64,000 nt of DNA. Origin: Chloroflexota bacterium. GTDB lineage: Bacteria > Chloroflexota > UBA11872 > VXOZ01. This document shows, one piece after another, positions 39,591-49,206 of this stretch (the stretch's first letter is position 1; the number at the start of each line of letters is the position of its first letter). The stretch is taken from positions 1,696,001-1,760,000 of the forward strand of contig OZ244922.1 in assembly GCA_965221905.1 (NCBI GenBank), given 5' to 3'. The position numbers and the translations under genes were made by a program. The notes beneath the pieces are model-generated. The model did no database searches and had not been told where the DNA came from. It was given only the letters and a program-made list of their open reading frames with translations.

Positions 39591-41063
39591 ATGACTGCGA
39601 CGAGACCGCGGACTTTGTCATGTCCGCCGACTACGGCAACGCCGCCGACTACGCCAGGACTGCCGCCGACTTCGGCCAGGAAATTCACTCGGCGAACGTG
39701 GCTCGGCTGCGTTCTGCTTGGCGCGCAGGCGGCCGCACTGGCAGCCTGTGGCGGCGATGACGAGGACGAAGCGGAGCAACCGCGCGCCGCGCCGGAGGCT
39801 CCGCAGGCTTCCGTGCCCAAGCTCGCGCGCGAACCGGTGACGCTGACACTCGGTGCTATGTTGGTCGAATTCGCGCCTGTTGTTGGCAAGGCCATTGAGC
39901 AGTGGAACAGGGGCGAATTACCCGGAGCATCCGAAAGCATCCAGCTAGAGCGTGTTACGATTGGCATTCCCCCGACGCGGGAGCCGTTGGCGTTTACCGA
40001 GCATCTGCAAGCTAAAGTGCAGGCATTCTTGATCGAGCGGGAGGCGGCCGGCATGCCGCTTGACTTGCTCATGGTCAACCGTCTCTTTGATTTCCCCTGG
40101 GCCTTCCGCAGCGGCATCCTCCAGCCGCTCGACCGGTATCTGCAGCAAGACCGCAACGAACCGCTAGCAAGGTTTTTGCCATTAGCATTGGAATTGGTGC
40201 GCTATCAGGGCCAGTCCATGGCGCTGCCCGTTGCCATGAACGTGGGTGTGTCGCGATACAACCCCAAGTTCTTCGACGATGCCGGCCTGTCTGTGCCGGA
40301 CAACGGCTGGAACCGTGAGCAATTCATCGCCGCCGCCCAGCGGCTCACGAAGGACACGGACAATGACGGTAAGGTGGATTCCTGGGGCTTTCGTCCTGAC
40401 GATTTATTCGTAAACTGGTTGCCTTTCGTCATGCAGGAGATGGACGGGGACGTGATCGATTTGAATACGGGGGAGGTGCGCCTCACGGACCCGGCGGCCC
40501 TGCGCGGTCTTCAGTTTTGGGATGAATTGGGGAGAGTACACGGCATTCTGCCCCATGGCCCGGAAGTGTCAGCGGACCCCGTTCGTGTGAGCTTTTGGCT
40601 TCGACACCCTGGTATCTTTTTCTATTACTTTCTCTCCCCTGGTAGCGTGAATTTGGGCAAACAAGCGCCGCTCCCCACCGGACCGCAAGACCTTACACCG
40701 TTGACATTGGGGGCGGCCCTAGCGATTCCTGCCACTGCGGGGGACGCTGCTCAATCGTACGAGGCGCTGGTGCCGCTGGCGCTCTACATTGGCGAGCATC
40801 TCCTGCTGCCGCCGGTGATTTCGGGACAAAAGTATATTGAGAAACCTGTCTCCGACTACATTCAACTCATGCTTCCTGAATACGACCGGCAGCTTGCGCT
40901 GCACCTGCTACAGACTGCCCGCCCATCGCATCTGGGCAGTAGCTCTGTGATGACGATCCAGCTCTTCGAGAAGCTGACGCTGCCGCTGGCGCGAGGGGAA
41001 GTGGGCTTAATGCAGGCCGCGCAGGAGGCGCAGAACTGGCTGCAATTCTACCTGAGTCAATGA
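39591..41063 (+). CDS. Solute-binding lipoprotein, array paralogue 1
   Basis: RBS AAGGAGG; TRR..LAACGG; LQPLD.Y, ALP, YN...F..AGL..P...W, DTDNDGKVD.WGF. Confidence 0.85.
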   Translation: MTATRPRTLSCPPTTATPPTTPGLPPTSARKFTRRTWLGCVLLGAQAAALAACGGDDEDEAEQPRAAPEAPQASVPKLAREPVTLTLGAMLVEFAPVVGKAIEQWNRGELPGASESIQLERVTIGIPPTREPLAFTEHLQAKVQAFLIEREAAGMPLDLLMVNRLFDFPWAFRSGILQPLDRYLQQDRNEPLARFLPLALELVRYQGQSMALPVAMNVGVSRYNPKFFDDAGLSVPDNGWNREQFIAAAQRLTKDTDNDGKVDSWGFRPDDLFVNWLPFVMQEMDGDVIDLNTGEVRLTDPAALRGLQFWDELGRVHGILPHGPEVSADPVRVSFWLRHPGIFFYYFLSPGSVNLGKQAPLPTGPQDLTPLTLGAALAIPATAGDAAQSYEALVPLALYIGEHLLLPPVISGQKYIEKPVSDYIQLMLPEYDRQLALHLLQTARPSHLGSSSVMTIQLFEKLTLPLARGEVGLMQAAQEAQNWLQFYLSQ

Positions 41064-41170
41064 TTCTTCATGCCACATGAACACGTTGAAAAACAGGCGG
41101 CATCAGGGCGCAAGGAGAGAAGGAATCACCGTAAGACGCAGTAACAGGCTCAACGAGGAGGGTACGTCAA

Positions 41171-42676
41171 ATGCGTGAACTGACACGGCGGGAACTACAA
41201 GCCGAGACCGAGGATGACATCATGGTAATGGTGGCCGATACGCGCGCCACCATCCTGGCCGGATTTGTCGCAGGCACTGCGATCACTGCCGGCTTCATCG
41301 CGGCGGTTGTGCTGGTCACCGGACTTTGGGGCGTTTTGCAGGCGTTTCGCTTCGGCATGCTCGTTGGCCTGACCGGCTTCGTCGTGCTTGCGGCGATCGT
41401 CGGGCTCCTAAGCTTCTTCATTCCCAGGTTCCCCACCACCAGAGCGGTCGCCGGTATTTTGGTATTGACAGTTGCCGTAATCATTTCCGTCTCCGTTTAC
41501 GTATCAGATGTGGCGATTTTGCCAATGGCAGGACGCCTCTTGCTTAAAGCAATGGGCGGCGCCGTATTACTGGTCGTTAGTCTTTGGTACCTGGTGCTGC
41601 TAGGGGGCGGTTGCGGCGCTCTGATGGCTCTCCTGCAGCGGCGCACGGCCCAGCAGGGCGAACACTGGGGTCTCCGATTTGGACAAGTCGTCACGATCCG
41701 CACGGACCCGCATGTCCTGTTGGCCGTTTTCACCGTGCCGCTAATGCTGGCGGCGGTGTTTGGCGCTGCCTACTACCCGGCCCACTCGCTTGCGGCTGTC
41801 GTATTCTTCTCGCCTTTCTGGGTACCATCAGGATTCCTATTCGAGCAGGGATGGGCGCCGCTCCTGCGCCTGGTGCTTGATGCGCGAGTGGGGCAGAAGC
41901 TCTGGTTTCAGCAGAGCGTTGCGCTCGTCCGGCTGCTCCAGTCTGAGGACGTGCTCTTGCTCGGCGCAGTGTTCCAAACAGTGACGGTTGACCCCGCAAC
42001 CGGTGCGGCTCGCATTCGCGGTACCTTTCGAAATGAGGCCCAGATACAGCGGGTTCAGGAAGTCGCCCAGCGAGTACGCGGCGTGAGACAAGCTGAAATT
42101 GAGAGTGTTCTGCCGAGAGCTTCGATAGAGCTGGCAAACTTAACTCTTTCTGAGCGTGAGCGGATGCTTGCGCAGCGCTGCCCGGAGTGTATGCAGCCCA
42201 TCGTAACTGATGAACTGTTCTGCCGTTCCTGCGATTCCTTCTTGCAAAACGAGCTCGTGGGACGGAAGGCCAAACTCTTTCCGCGTTTGCTGGCTGCCGC
42301 GATAGATGCAGGCGTCCCCGCTGCGATCCTACTCATGTTTGTTATCCAGCCGGTTACGCCCTGGGCCATTGCGCATCCGCTCAACTGGTTTTGGCGGTTT
42401 ATTTTCGCGCCGGCCCTGTACGCTTCATTCTACGTATCGGTGCTCCATAGCGGCACGACGCCGGGGAAGGCGCTGCTCGGCCTGGAAATCATTGACTTGA
42501 GGAATCACCGTTACCCGCGTTTGCCACGAATACTGCTGCGCGAACTTGGGGGTAAGCTCGTCAGTACCCTCTGTCTCGGTATTGGATTCTTGTGGGCGGT
42601 CTGGAACAAAGACAACCAGTCCTTGCACGACAAACTTGCCGGCACGGTCGTAGTGCGTAATCCAGACCTGTGGTAG
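41171..42676 (+). CDS. Multi-TM protein with BON-like domain, Zn-ribbon and C-terminal RDD domain (paralogue 1)
   Basis: RIRGTF....IQRVQEVAQRVRGV; CPEC..CRSC; RLLAAAID, GTTPGKALLGL, QSLHDKLAGTVVV. Confidence 0.85.
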   Translation: MRELTRRELQAETEDDIMVMVADTRATILAGFVAGTAITAGFIAAVVLVTGLWGVLQAFRFGMLVGLTGFVVLAAIVGLLSFFIPRFPTTRAVAGILVLTVAVIISVSVYVSDVAILPMAGRLLLKAMGGAVLLVVSLWYLVLLGGGCGALMALLQRRTAQQGEHWGLRFGQVVTIRTDPHVLLAVFTVPLMLAAVFGAAYYPAHSLAAVVFFSPFWVPSGFLFEQGWAPLLRLVLDARVGQKLWFQQSVALVRLLQSEDVLLLGAVFQTVTVDPATGAARIRGTFRNEAQIQRVQEVAQRVRGVRQAEIESVLPRASIELANLTLSERERMLAQRCPECMQPIVTDELFCRSCDSFLQNELVGRKAKLFPRLLAAAIDAGVPAAILLMFVIQPVTPWAIAHPLNWFWRFIFAPALYASFYVSVLHSGTTPGKALLGLEIIDLRNHRYPRLPRILLRELGGKLVSTLCLGIGFLWAVWNKDNQSLHDKLAGTVVVRNPDLW

Positions 42677-42822
42677 TGCGCCCTTTGAAATCGCACCCTT
42701 ACCGGCTGCAGTTCACTTTGTGTTTCAAATTGCTGTAGCGGGACTTTAGGGTTGGAGATAACTTTGAGTTTAGGAGAGTCTTTTATCCGAATCCGCATTG
42801 GCTTACACGGGAAAGGTCTGTC

Positions 42823-44202
42823 ATGACTCGTCGTCAACTGCTTGAATGCCTATTGCTCGGTACTCAGGTCCTGGCCCTGGCTGCCTGCGGCGGCGATGAC
42901 GAGGACGACGCGGAGCAGCCCCGCGCTGCGCCGGAGGTCCCGCAGGCCTCTGTGCCAAAAGTCGCACGAGAGCCGGTGACGCTGAGGCTTGCCGCCGTGC
43001 TGGATCGGCATGGCACTTCCGTCGGCGATGCCATCGAGCGGTGGAATGCAGGCGAGGTCCCGGGCGCTCCTGAAGATGTCCAGCTACAGCGTGTCAAGAT
43101 TGGAATATCGTGGTCGTCCGAGCCGCTGGCACTCATCGAACGTGCGCAAGTCACATTGAGGGCCTTCCTGAGCGAACAAGAGTCTGCCGGCACACCGCCG
43201 GACCTGCTCATGGTCAACACATTCTTTGACTTCCCCTGGATATATGGGAGCGGTCTGGTTCAGCCGCTCGACCGGTATCTGCAGCAAGATCGCACCGAAC
43301 CGCTAGGAAAGTTTCTGCCCGCCGCGCTAGAGTTGGCGCGCTACCAAAGCCAGACAATAGCGCTGCCGGTTGCCCTGGACGCCGGCGTGGCGCGGTATCA
43401 CCCCAAGCACTTCTCCAATGCCGGCCTTTCGCTGCCGGAAAAGGGCTGGAGCCGTGAGGGATTTGTCGCCGCCGCCCAGAAGCTGACAGAGGATACCGAT
43501 AGTGACGGCAAAGTGGATGCATGGGGCTACCATCCGGCCAAACTGTTCGTGAACTGGTTGCCATTCGTGCTGCAGGAGATGGACAAAGACGTGATCGACC
43601 TGCAGACAGGCGCCGTGAGACTAACTGATCCGGCGGCGCTGCGCGGGCTTCAGTTCTGGGAAGAGTTGGGACGGGTGCATGGCATCATGCCGCACGGTGC
43701 GACAGTGACCGAGGACCACTTCGATGCGGACTTCACCACCTTGCTTCCCGGCATTCTCTTCTGGCTATATCTTCCTCCCAGCAATATGCTGCCCGGTCAA
43801 CAAGCCCCGTTGCCGGCCGGACCGCGGGACGTAACACCGTTATCGGTCTCGCAGGCAGTGGCGATCCCTGCCGTCGCGCGCGATGCCGCCCTTTCCTACG
43901 AGGTGTTGATGCCGTTTGCGCTTCACCTTGGCGAGCACCTCCTCATGCCGCCCGTGATCGCGGGACAGCAGTACATTGAGAAACCCACCACCGATTACTT
44001 GGAACTCATGCTGCCTCCTCAGGACCGGGAGCTAGTTTTTCATCTACTCGATACCGCTCGGGCATCGCCACTGGCGAGCAGCCTCGTGATGACGATACGG
44101 CTATTCGAAAGGCTGACTCTGCCGCTGGCGCGCGGGGAAGCGGATGTCGTCCAAGCCGCGCAGCACGGACAAGACTGGCTGGAATCCTATTTGAACCAGT
44201 AG
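42823..44202 (+). CDS. Solute-binding lipoprotein, array paralogue 2
   Basis: MTRRQLL..LAACGGDDED; same conserved blocks. Confidence 0.85.
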   Translation: MTRRQLLECLLLGTQVLALAACGGDDEDDAEQPRAAPEVPQASVPKVAREPVTLRLAAVLDRHGTSVGDAIERWNAGEVPGAPEDVQLQRVKIGISWSSEPLALIERAQVTLRAFLSEQESAGTPPDLLMVNTFFDFPWIYGSGLVQPLDRYLQQDRTEPLGKFLPAALELARYQSQTIALPVALDAGVARYHPKHFSNAGLSLPEKGWSREGFVAAAQKLTEDTDSDGKVDAWGYHPAKLFVNWLPFVLQEMDKDVIDLQTGAVRLTDPAALRGLQFWEELGRVHGIMPHGATVTEDHFDADFTTLLPGILFWLYLPPSNMLPGQQAPLPAGPRDVTPLSVSQAVAIPAVARDAALSYEVLMPFALHLGEHLLMPPVIAGQQYIEKPTTDYLELMLPPQDRELVFHLLDTARASPLASSLVMTIRLFERLTLPLARGEADVVQAAQHGQDWLESYLNQ

Positions 44203-44377
44203 CGTTCACTGCGTACTTAGGAGCCTTTTAGCGTAGGAGAATCGGCACGATTGGGTGAAAACTGCCAACTGGTGTGAAGACCGTTCCTGGAATTAGATAC
44301 ATCCACAAACGAAGTTGGAACCAAAGAGTTGCCGCCGGAGGGCGGGGATTCCTTTCAGAGATACAGAGGTTTTTCTT

Positions 44378-45748
44378 GTGACTAGACGTGAGTTGCTTGG
44401 CCGTACGCTATTGGGCGCGCAGGTCATTCTCTTGGCGGCCTGCGGCGGCGATGATGAGGACGAAGTGGAGCAACCGCGCGCTGCACCCACGGCGCCACAG
44501 GCTTCTGTGCCGAAGCTCTCAAGAGAACCGATTGTACTGACGCTTGCCGCGTCTCGCGGAGGCGGCCCGACGATCGACGCGATCCGTCAGTGGAATGAGG
44601 GCAATATCCCCGGCGTTCCCGACAATGTCGAATTGCAAGACGCTAAGCTGACGTTTTCTACATCGGGAAATCTGGAAACCACTCAGGATGCGTTAGCCGG
44701 CGCCCTTAGCGCTCGTATCTCTGCAGGCACAGTGCCGGACATGATGGCGTTTGATTGGCAGATTGACTTTCCGTGGCTGTTTAAGAGCAATCTCTTACAA
44801 CCCCTGGACCGCTTAATGCAGCAAGATGACAGACAGCCGGCGGAGCAGCTCTTCCCCCAAGCGATGCGGCTAGTGCGCTACCAGGGGCAAACTATGGCGC
44901 TGCCGACGAGAGTGACTGCTGGCGTTGCCCGGTATATTCCAGATATGTTCTCGAGTGCGAATGTCGCAGCACCGCACGCGGGATGGACACGAGATGACTT
45001 TGTGACTGCTGCGAAGCAGCTTACGCAGGACACAAATGGCGATGGCGCGGTGGACCAGTGGGGTTTTGCCGTTAGTCACTTCTATCCGGATTGGCTGCCC
45101 TTCGTGCTCCAAGAGGCAGGCAAAGATGTGATTGATCTCGAGACCGGCGCAGTACACTTGGCCGATCCAGCAGCGCTGCGCGGCCTTCAGGTCTGGGACG
45201 AGCTCGGACGCGTGCACGGCATTATGCCCTACGGGCAGGAGTTTCATGCTAGCCAACCGCGAATTCGCGGCCCTTATCGTCCCAATCGCACAGGCATCCT
45301 ATTTCAGACTGCTTTTGAGACAAGCCGAACTGATGGCCGCAACCTGGCCGCGATCCCTTTGGGACCAATGGAGGGCACACCGCTCATACTTTTTGACATC
45401 GTAGCGATTCCTGCAAGTGCGCGAGATGTCGATCTTTCGTACGAAGCGTTGGTTCCGCTTGCTTTGCACAGTGGTGAACGCAGTAAGTTGCCAACAGTCA
45501 AGGCAAGCTTGCAGCACATCAAGACACCGGGATCGAGAGATCACATCAATCTACTCTTTCTTGAACAAGACCGAGAGATTATCCTTAATATTCTCAATAC
45601 TGCTCAGCCTTCGTACTTGGCCAGTAGCAATGCTATGAATAACTGGCTCTTTGCCAATCTGACGCTGCCGCTGGGGCGTGGTGAGGTAGACGTGGAACAG
45701 GCTGCCCAACAGGCGCAGAATTGGCTGAAATCTTACTTGAACGAATAA
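44378..45748 (+). CDS. Solute-binding lipoprotein, array paralogue 3 (most divergent)
   Basis: GTG start after GAGG; TRRELL..LAACGGDDED; DTNGDGAVDQWGF. Confidence 0.85.
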   Translation: MTRRELLGRTLLGAQVILLAACGGDDEDEVEQPRAAPTAPQASVPKLSREPIVLTLAASRGGGPTIDAIRQWNEGNIPGVPDNVELQDAKLTFSTSGNLETTQDALAGALSARISAGTVPDMMAFDWQIDFPWLFKSNLLQPLDRLMQQDDRQPAEQLFPQAMRLVRYQGQTMALPTRVTAGVARYIPDMFSSANVAAPHAGWTRDDFVTAAKQLTQDTNGDGAVDQWGFAVSHFYPDWLPFVLQEAGKDVIDLETGAVHLADPAALRGLQVWDELGRVHGIMPYGQEFHASQPRIRGPYRPNRTGILFQTAFETSRTDGRNLAAIPLGPMEGTPLILFDIVAIPASARDVDLSYEALVPLALHSGERSKLPTVKASLQHIKTPGSRDHINLLFLEQDREIILNILNTAQPSYLASSNAMNNWLFANLTLPLGRGEVDVEQAAQQAQNWLKSYLNE

Positions 45749-45914
45749 TATGCCACGCAGAACTAAAACCCATATAGGTAGAAGTGTTGGTAGCATTGGA
45801 CGACAATTGTATTCGCGTGCGTAGACTGTATCTGGACTGAAGTGTGGGTCGATTGCGGGAATGGAGTACAAGCAATGCCGTTGAATGGTAGGGATTTCTT
45901 CAGGAGTTGCGGGG

Positions 45915-47306
45915 ATGTTTCCAGTTTCCAGACGTGAACTGCTCGGCCGCACAGTGCTTGGTGTGCAGATTCTATTGTTAGCTGCCTGCGGCGGCGATGA
46001 TGAGGACGAAGTGGAGCAACCGCGCGCCGCGCCGACGGCACCGCAGGCCTCCGTGCCAAAGCTTGCCAGCGAACCGGTCACGCTGAGGCTTGCCTCGGTT
46101 CAAGATCAGTTTGCCGGCGTAGTCGAAAGGTCTATCAAGCTATGGAATGAGGGCGGGGTTCCTGGGGCGCCGGAAGGCACCTTGCTGGAGCGTGTGGGAG
46201 GTCCAAGAGTTGGGCCGTCTGGGAACACACTGATGTTTGTCGAGAGTGCACAGGCAGCAACGAGAACCTTCCTAACCGAGCAGGAGTCTGCTGGAACGCC
46301 ACCCGATTTGTTCTTGTTCAACAGGTTCTTCGACTTTCCCTGGGTCTTCCGCAGCGGTCTTGTCCAGCCGCTGGACCGGTACCTGCAGCAAGATCAGACG
46401 GAGCCGCTAGGAAGTTTCTTGTCGTCTGCAATGGAGTTAGTGCGCTACCAGGGCCAGACGATGGCGCTGCCAGTCGCCCTTGACGTCGGCGTGGCGCGGT
46501 ACAACCCCAAGCAATTCACAGATGCAGGCATTCCTCTGCCTGACAAGGGCTGGACCCGCGAGGAATTCGTGGAGGCTGCCCAGCGGCTGACACAGGACAC
46601 AGACAATGACGGCAACGTGGATGCGTGGGGTTTTCGGCCGATAGGTTTATTTGCCAACTGGTTGCCCTTTGTCTTGCAAGAGATGGATGAGGACCCGATA
46701 AATTTCGACACCGGCGCCGTTCGTCTCACGGACCCGGCGGCGTTGCGCGGACTTCAGTTCTGGGAAGAGTTGGGTCGATTGCACAAGGTCATGCCTCATG
46801 GCGCGACCGTAACAGCCGACCAATTTGGCGCCAACTTCACGTCCTTGCTTTCCGGCATTCTCTTCTGGGACTTCTTGCCTCCCAGCCACAATTTGCCCGG
46901 CCAGCAAGCGCCGTTGCCGACTGGACCGCAGGACGTTACGACGTTGACTCTATCAGGAGCATTGACAATTCCCTCTGTAGCCTCAGACGCCGACTTGTCA
47001 TACGGTGCGCTACGGCCTTTGGCGCTAAATCTGGGAGAGCGCCTCCTGTTGCCGCCCGTGACTGCGGGGCAAGAGTTCATTGAGAATCCCAGTTCTGACA
47101 ACCTGGAACTTGCGCTGCCGGAGCACGAACGGCAGCTAGTTCTTCACCTGCTCGATACCGCCCGACCCTCCCTACTGGCGACGAGTTTTATCATGACAAA
47201 TCAACTTTTCCAAAGCATGGTATTACCCCTTGCCCGCGGCGAAATGGACGTAGGACAGGCCGCGCAGGAAGCGCAAAATTGGCTGCAATCCTATCTGAAC
47301 GAGTAG
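45915..47306 (+). CDS. Solute-binding lipoprotein, array paralogue 4
   Basis: SRRELL..LAACGGDDED; DTDNDGNVDAWGF. Confidence 0.85.
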   Translation: MFPVSRRELLGRTVLGVQILLLAACGGDDEDEVEQPRAAPTAPQASVPKLASEPVTLRLASVQDQFAGVVERSIKLWNEGGVPGAPEGTLLERVGGPRVGPSGNTLMFVESAQAATRTFLTEQESAGTPPDLFLFNRFFDFPWVFRSGLVQPLDRYLQQDQTEPLGSFLSSAMELVRYQGQTMALPVALDVGVARYNPKQFTDAGIPLPDKGWTREEFVEAAQRLTQDTDNDGNVDAWGFRPIGLFANWLPFVLQEMDEDPINFDTGAVRLTDPAALRGLQFWEELGRLHKVMPHGATVTADQFGANFTSLLSGILFWDFLPPSHNLPGQQAPLPTGPQDVTTLTLSGALTIPSVASDADLSYGALRPLALNLGERLLLPPVTAGQEFIENPSSDNLELALPEHERQLVLHLLDTARPSLLATSFIMTNQLFQSMVLPLARGEMDVGQAAQEAQNWLQSYLNE

Positions 47307-47407
47307 TTCTGCATTTGTCTTGCCTGGATTTGAGCACGGGCGGATAAGATGGAGTAGGATAGACACCAAAGAGGCACGGTTCAACAATCGTGAGGAGTAC
47401 GTGTCAG

Positions 47408-48919
47408 ATGCGGGACTTTAACCGGCGAGAGCTCGTAGCGGCCACCGAAGATGATGTCCTCATCATGGTGGCGGACATCCGATCGACTCTCATTGCAGGT
47501 TTTGTGGCGGGCATAGGAATTATAGCCGCCTTTATTGGCCTGGCCGTGGTCCTAGCCAGCCTATGGGAGCTCTTGCGCCCCTTCTACTTTGGCATTCTCA
47601 TTGCCGCTGTGGGGCTTGTGATCTTTATTGCATTTCTTGGCATCACGGGGTACTTCATTCCGGAGCTTCTGTCGGCGAGGGTGGTTGGAATATTCCTTGC
47701 CGTGATGCTTGTGCTAGCTTTTGCCGTGGCGTCGCTGACGGCAGATACCACGAGCACTTCCATCTTGGCCAATGCTGGCGGACTCTTGCTTAGTATGGCG
47801 GTCGGGATTCCGGTCCTCATCGGACGTCTTTGGGTTGTCGTGATCGCGGGAGGCATTCTTGGGACTCTGGTCGCTGCGGTCCAACGGGACGCACTGCGAC
47901 ACGAGAAGCGCATGCGCCTCTACTTCACGTCAATTTTCACGCTTGATGTCGAACCTCACACCTTCCTCTCAATCATGGGTGGCAATTTGCTGGCGATTAG
48001 TGCAATTACCGCTGCTTTTTCGCCGCCCCTCAATGCCGGTCTCGCGGCCTCCGTAGTGTTAACGCCCGTGTGGGTTCAGGCCGGCTTTCTCTTCCAAACG
48101 TACTGGCGTCCGCTCATGCTGCGCGTGCTTGACCAGCGTGTAGGTCAAAGTGTCTGGTTTCGGCGGAACATCGGCCTGATGGAGTTGCTGCAGGGCGAAG
48201 ACTCGGATCTCACGGGTGCCACCTTCATGTCGGCCGGTGTGGATTCGGAAAGAATGGTGGCACGGGTGAAAGGTTACTTCCGACACCCGGACCAGATGAG
48301 GCGTGTGCAAGATAGCGCCATGCGCATTCGGGGGCTAACAGCGGTTGAGGTGGAAGACCTCGCCGTCAAAGAAGCCGAGGAGGATTTGGCACGTGAAGAC
48401 ACAGAAACCGGCGGGTTGCGATGCCCTCGTTGCCGGGCTGCGGTACCCGACGGGCGCTTGTTTTGTACAGAGTGCAAGACGTTTGTACAGAATGAAGACC
48501 TCGGCCACCGGGCCCACTTTATCCCGCGTTTTCTCGCTGCGTCGCTGGACTTTGGTGTGCCGGCAGGGCTCATACTTCTGTTCGGACTGACCGGCTTTAA
48601 TCCAGCGGATGGCTACAACTTTCTAACCATCTTCTGGCAGTTCCTCTTCATGCCCATCGTCTACGTCATTTTCTTCTTCTCATTCTTGAGTCGCGGCACC
48701 ACGCCTGGCAAGTCACTGTTTGGCCTGGAAGTGGTCCAGTTGGGACAACAAAGGTACCCTGATTTCAAGACCATGTTACGGCGCGAGATTGTAGGCAAGT
48801 TCGTGAGCGGCCTGCCACTCACCTACGGTTTCATTTCGGCATTTTGGGATAAGAACGGCCAAACCTGGCACGACAAGATGGTGGGCACGGTCGTGGTGCG
48901 CGATCCGGATGTCTGGTAG
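47408..48919 (+). CDS. Multi-TM protein with BON-like domain, Zn-ribbon and RDD domain (paralogue 2)
   Basis: RVKGYF....MRRVQDSAMRIRGL; CPRC..CTEC; RFLAASLD, GTTPGKSLFGL, QTWHDKMVGTVVV. Confidence 0.85.
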   Translation: MRDFNRRELVAATEDDVLIMVADIRSTLIAGFVAGIGIIAAFIGLAVVLASLWELLRPFYFGILIAAVGLVIFIAFLGITGYFIPELLSARVVGIFLAVMLVLAFAVASLTADTTSTSILANAGGLLLSMAVGIPVLIGRLWVVVIAGGILGTLVAAVQRDALRHEKRMRLYFTSIFTLDVEPHTFLSIMGGNLLAISAITAAFSPPLNAGLAASVVLTPVWVQAGFLFQTYWRPLMLRVLDQRVGQSVWFRRNIGLMELLQGEDSDLTGATFMSAGVDSERMVARVKGYFRHPDQMRRVQDSAMRIRGLTAVEVEDLAVKEAEEDLAREDTETGGLRCPRCRAAVPDGRLFCTECKTFVQNEDLGHRAHFIPRFLAASLDFGVPAGLILLFGLTGFNPADGYNFLTIFWQFLFMPIVYVIFFFSFLSRGTTPGKSLFGLEVVQLGQQRYPDFKTMLRREIVGKFVSGLPLTYGFISAFWDKNGQTWHDKMVGTVVVRDPDVW

Positions 48920-49206
48920 GGACCAGCTTGGTTAGGATTGACTTCGGGCACCTCTGCGGTGGTGGAGTTACTCGCTGAAACTAGAAGCCTGGGAATAACG
49001 CGAGTGGCACTGACATGCAAGCCCTCCTCATCGTGGACGCCTGTGGCGCAGACATCCGGCACTATAGCGCGATTTGCCCCGTTCTGTAGTAGACTGCGGC
49101 CCTTTACCAGACTGAAGGCGCAGGTAATTGCGCTTGCGTCGTGCAGTGAGATGCGTCAAACTTAAGACAGGTCAGGTGTGGTAAATCAAGGTAGATAAGA
49201 CACCCC

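Noticed and set aside
39591-47306. Diversity-generating retroelement or invertase shuffling of the SBP paralogues
   Set aside because: No reverse transcriptase or recombinase, no adenine-specific TR/VR pair seen, and divergence includes many synonymous changes throughout
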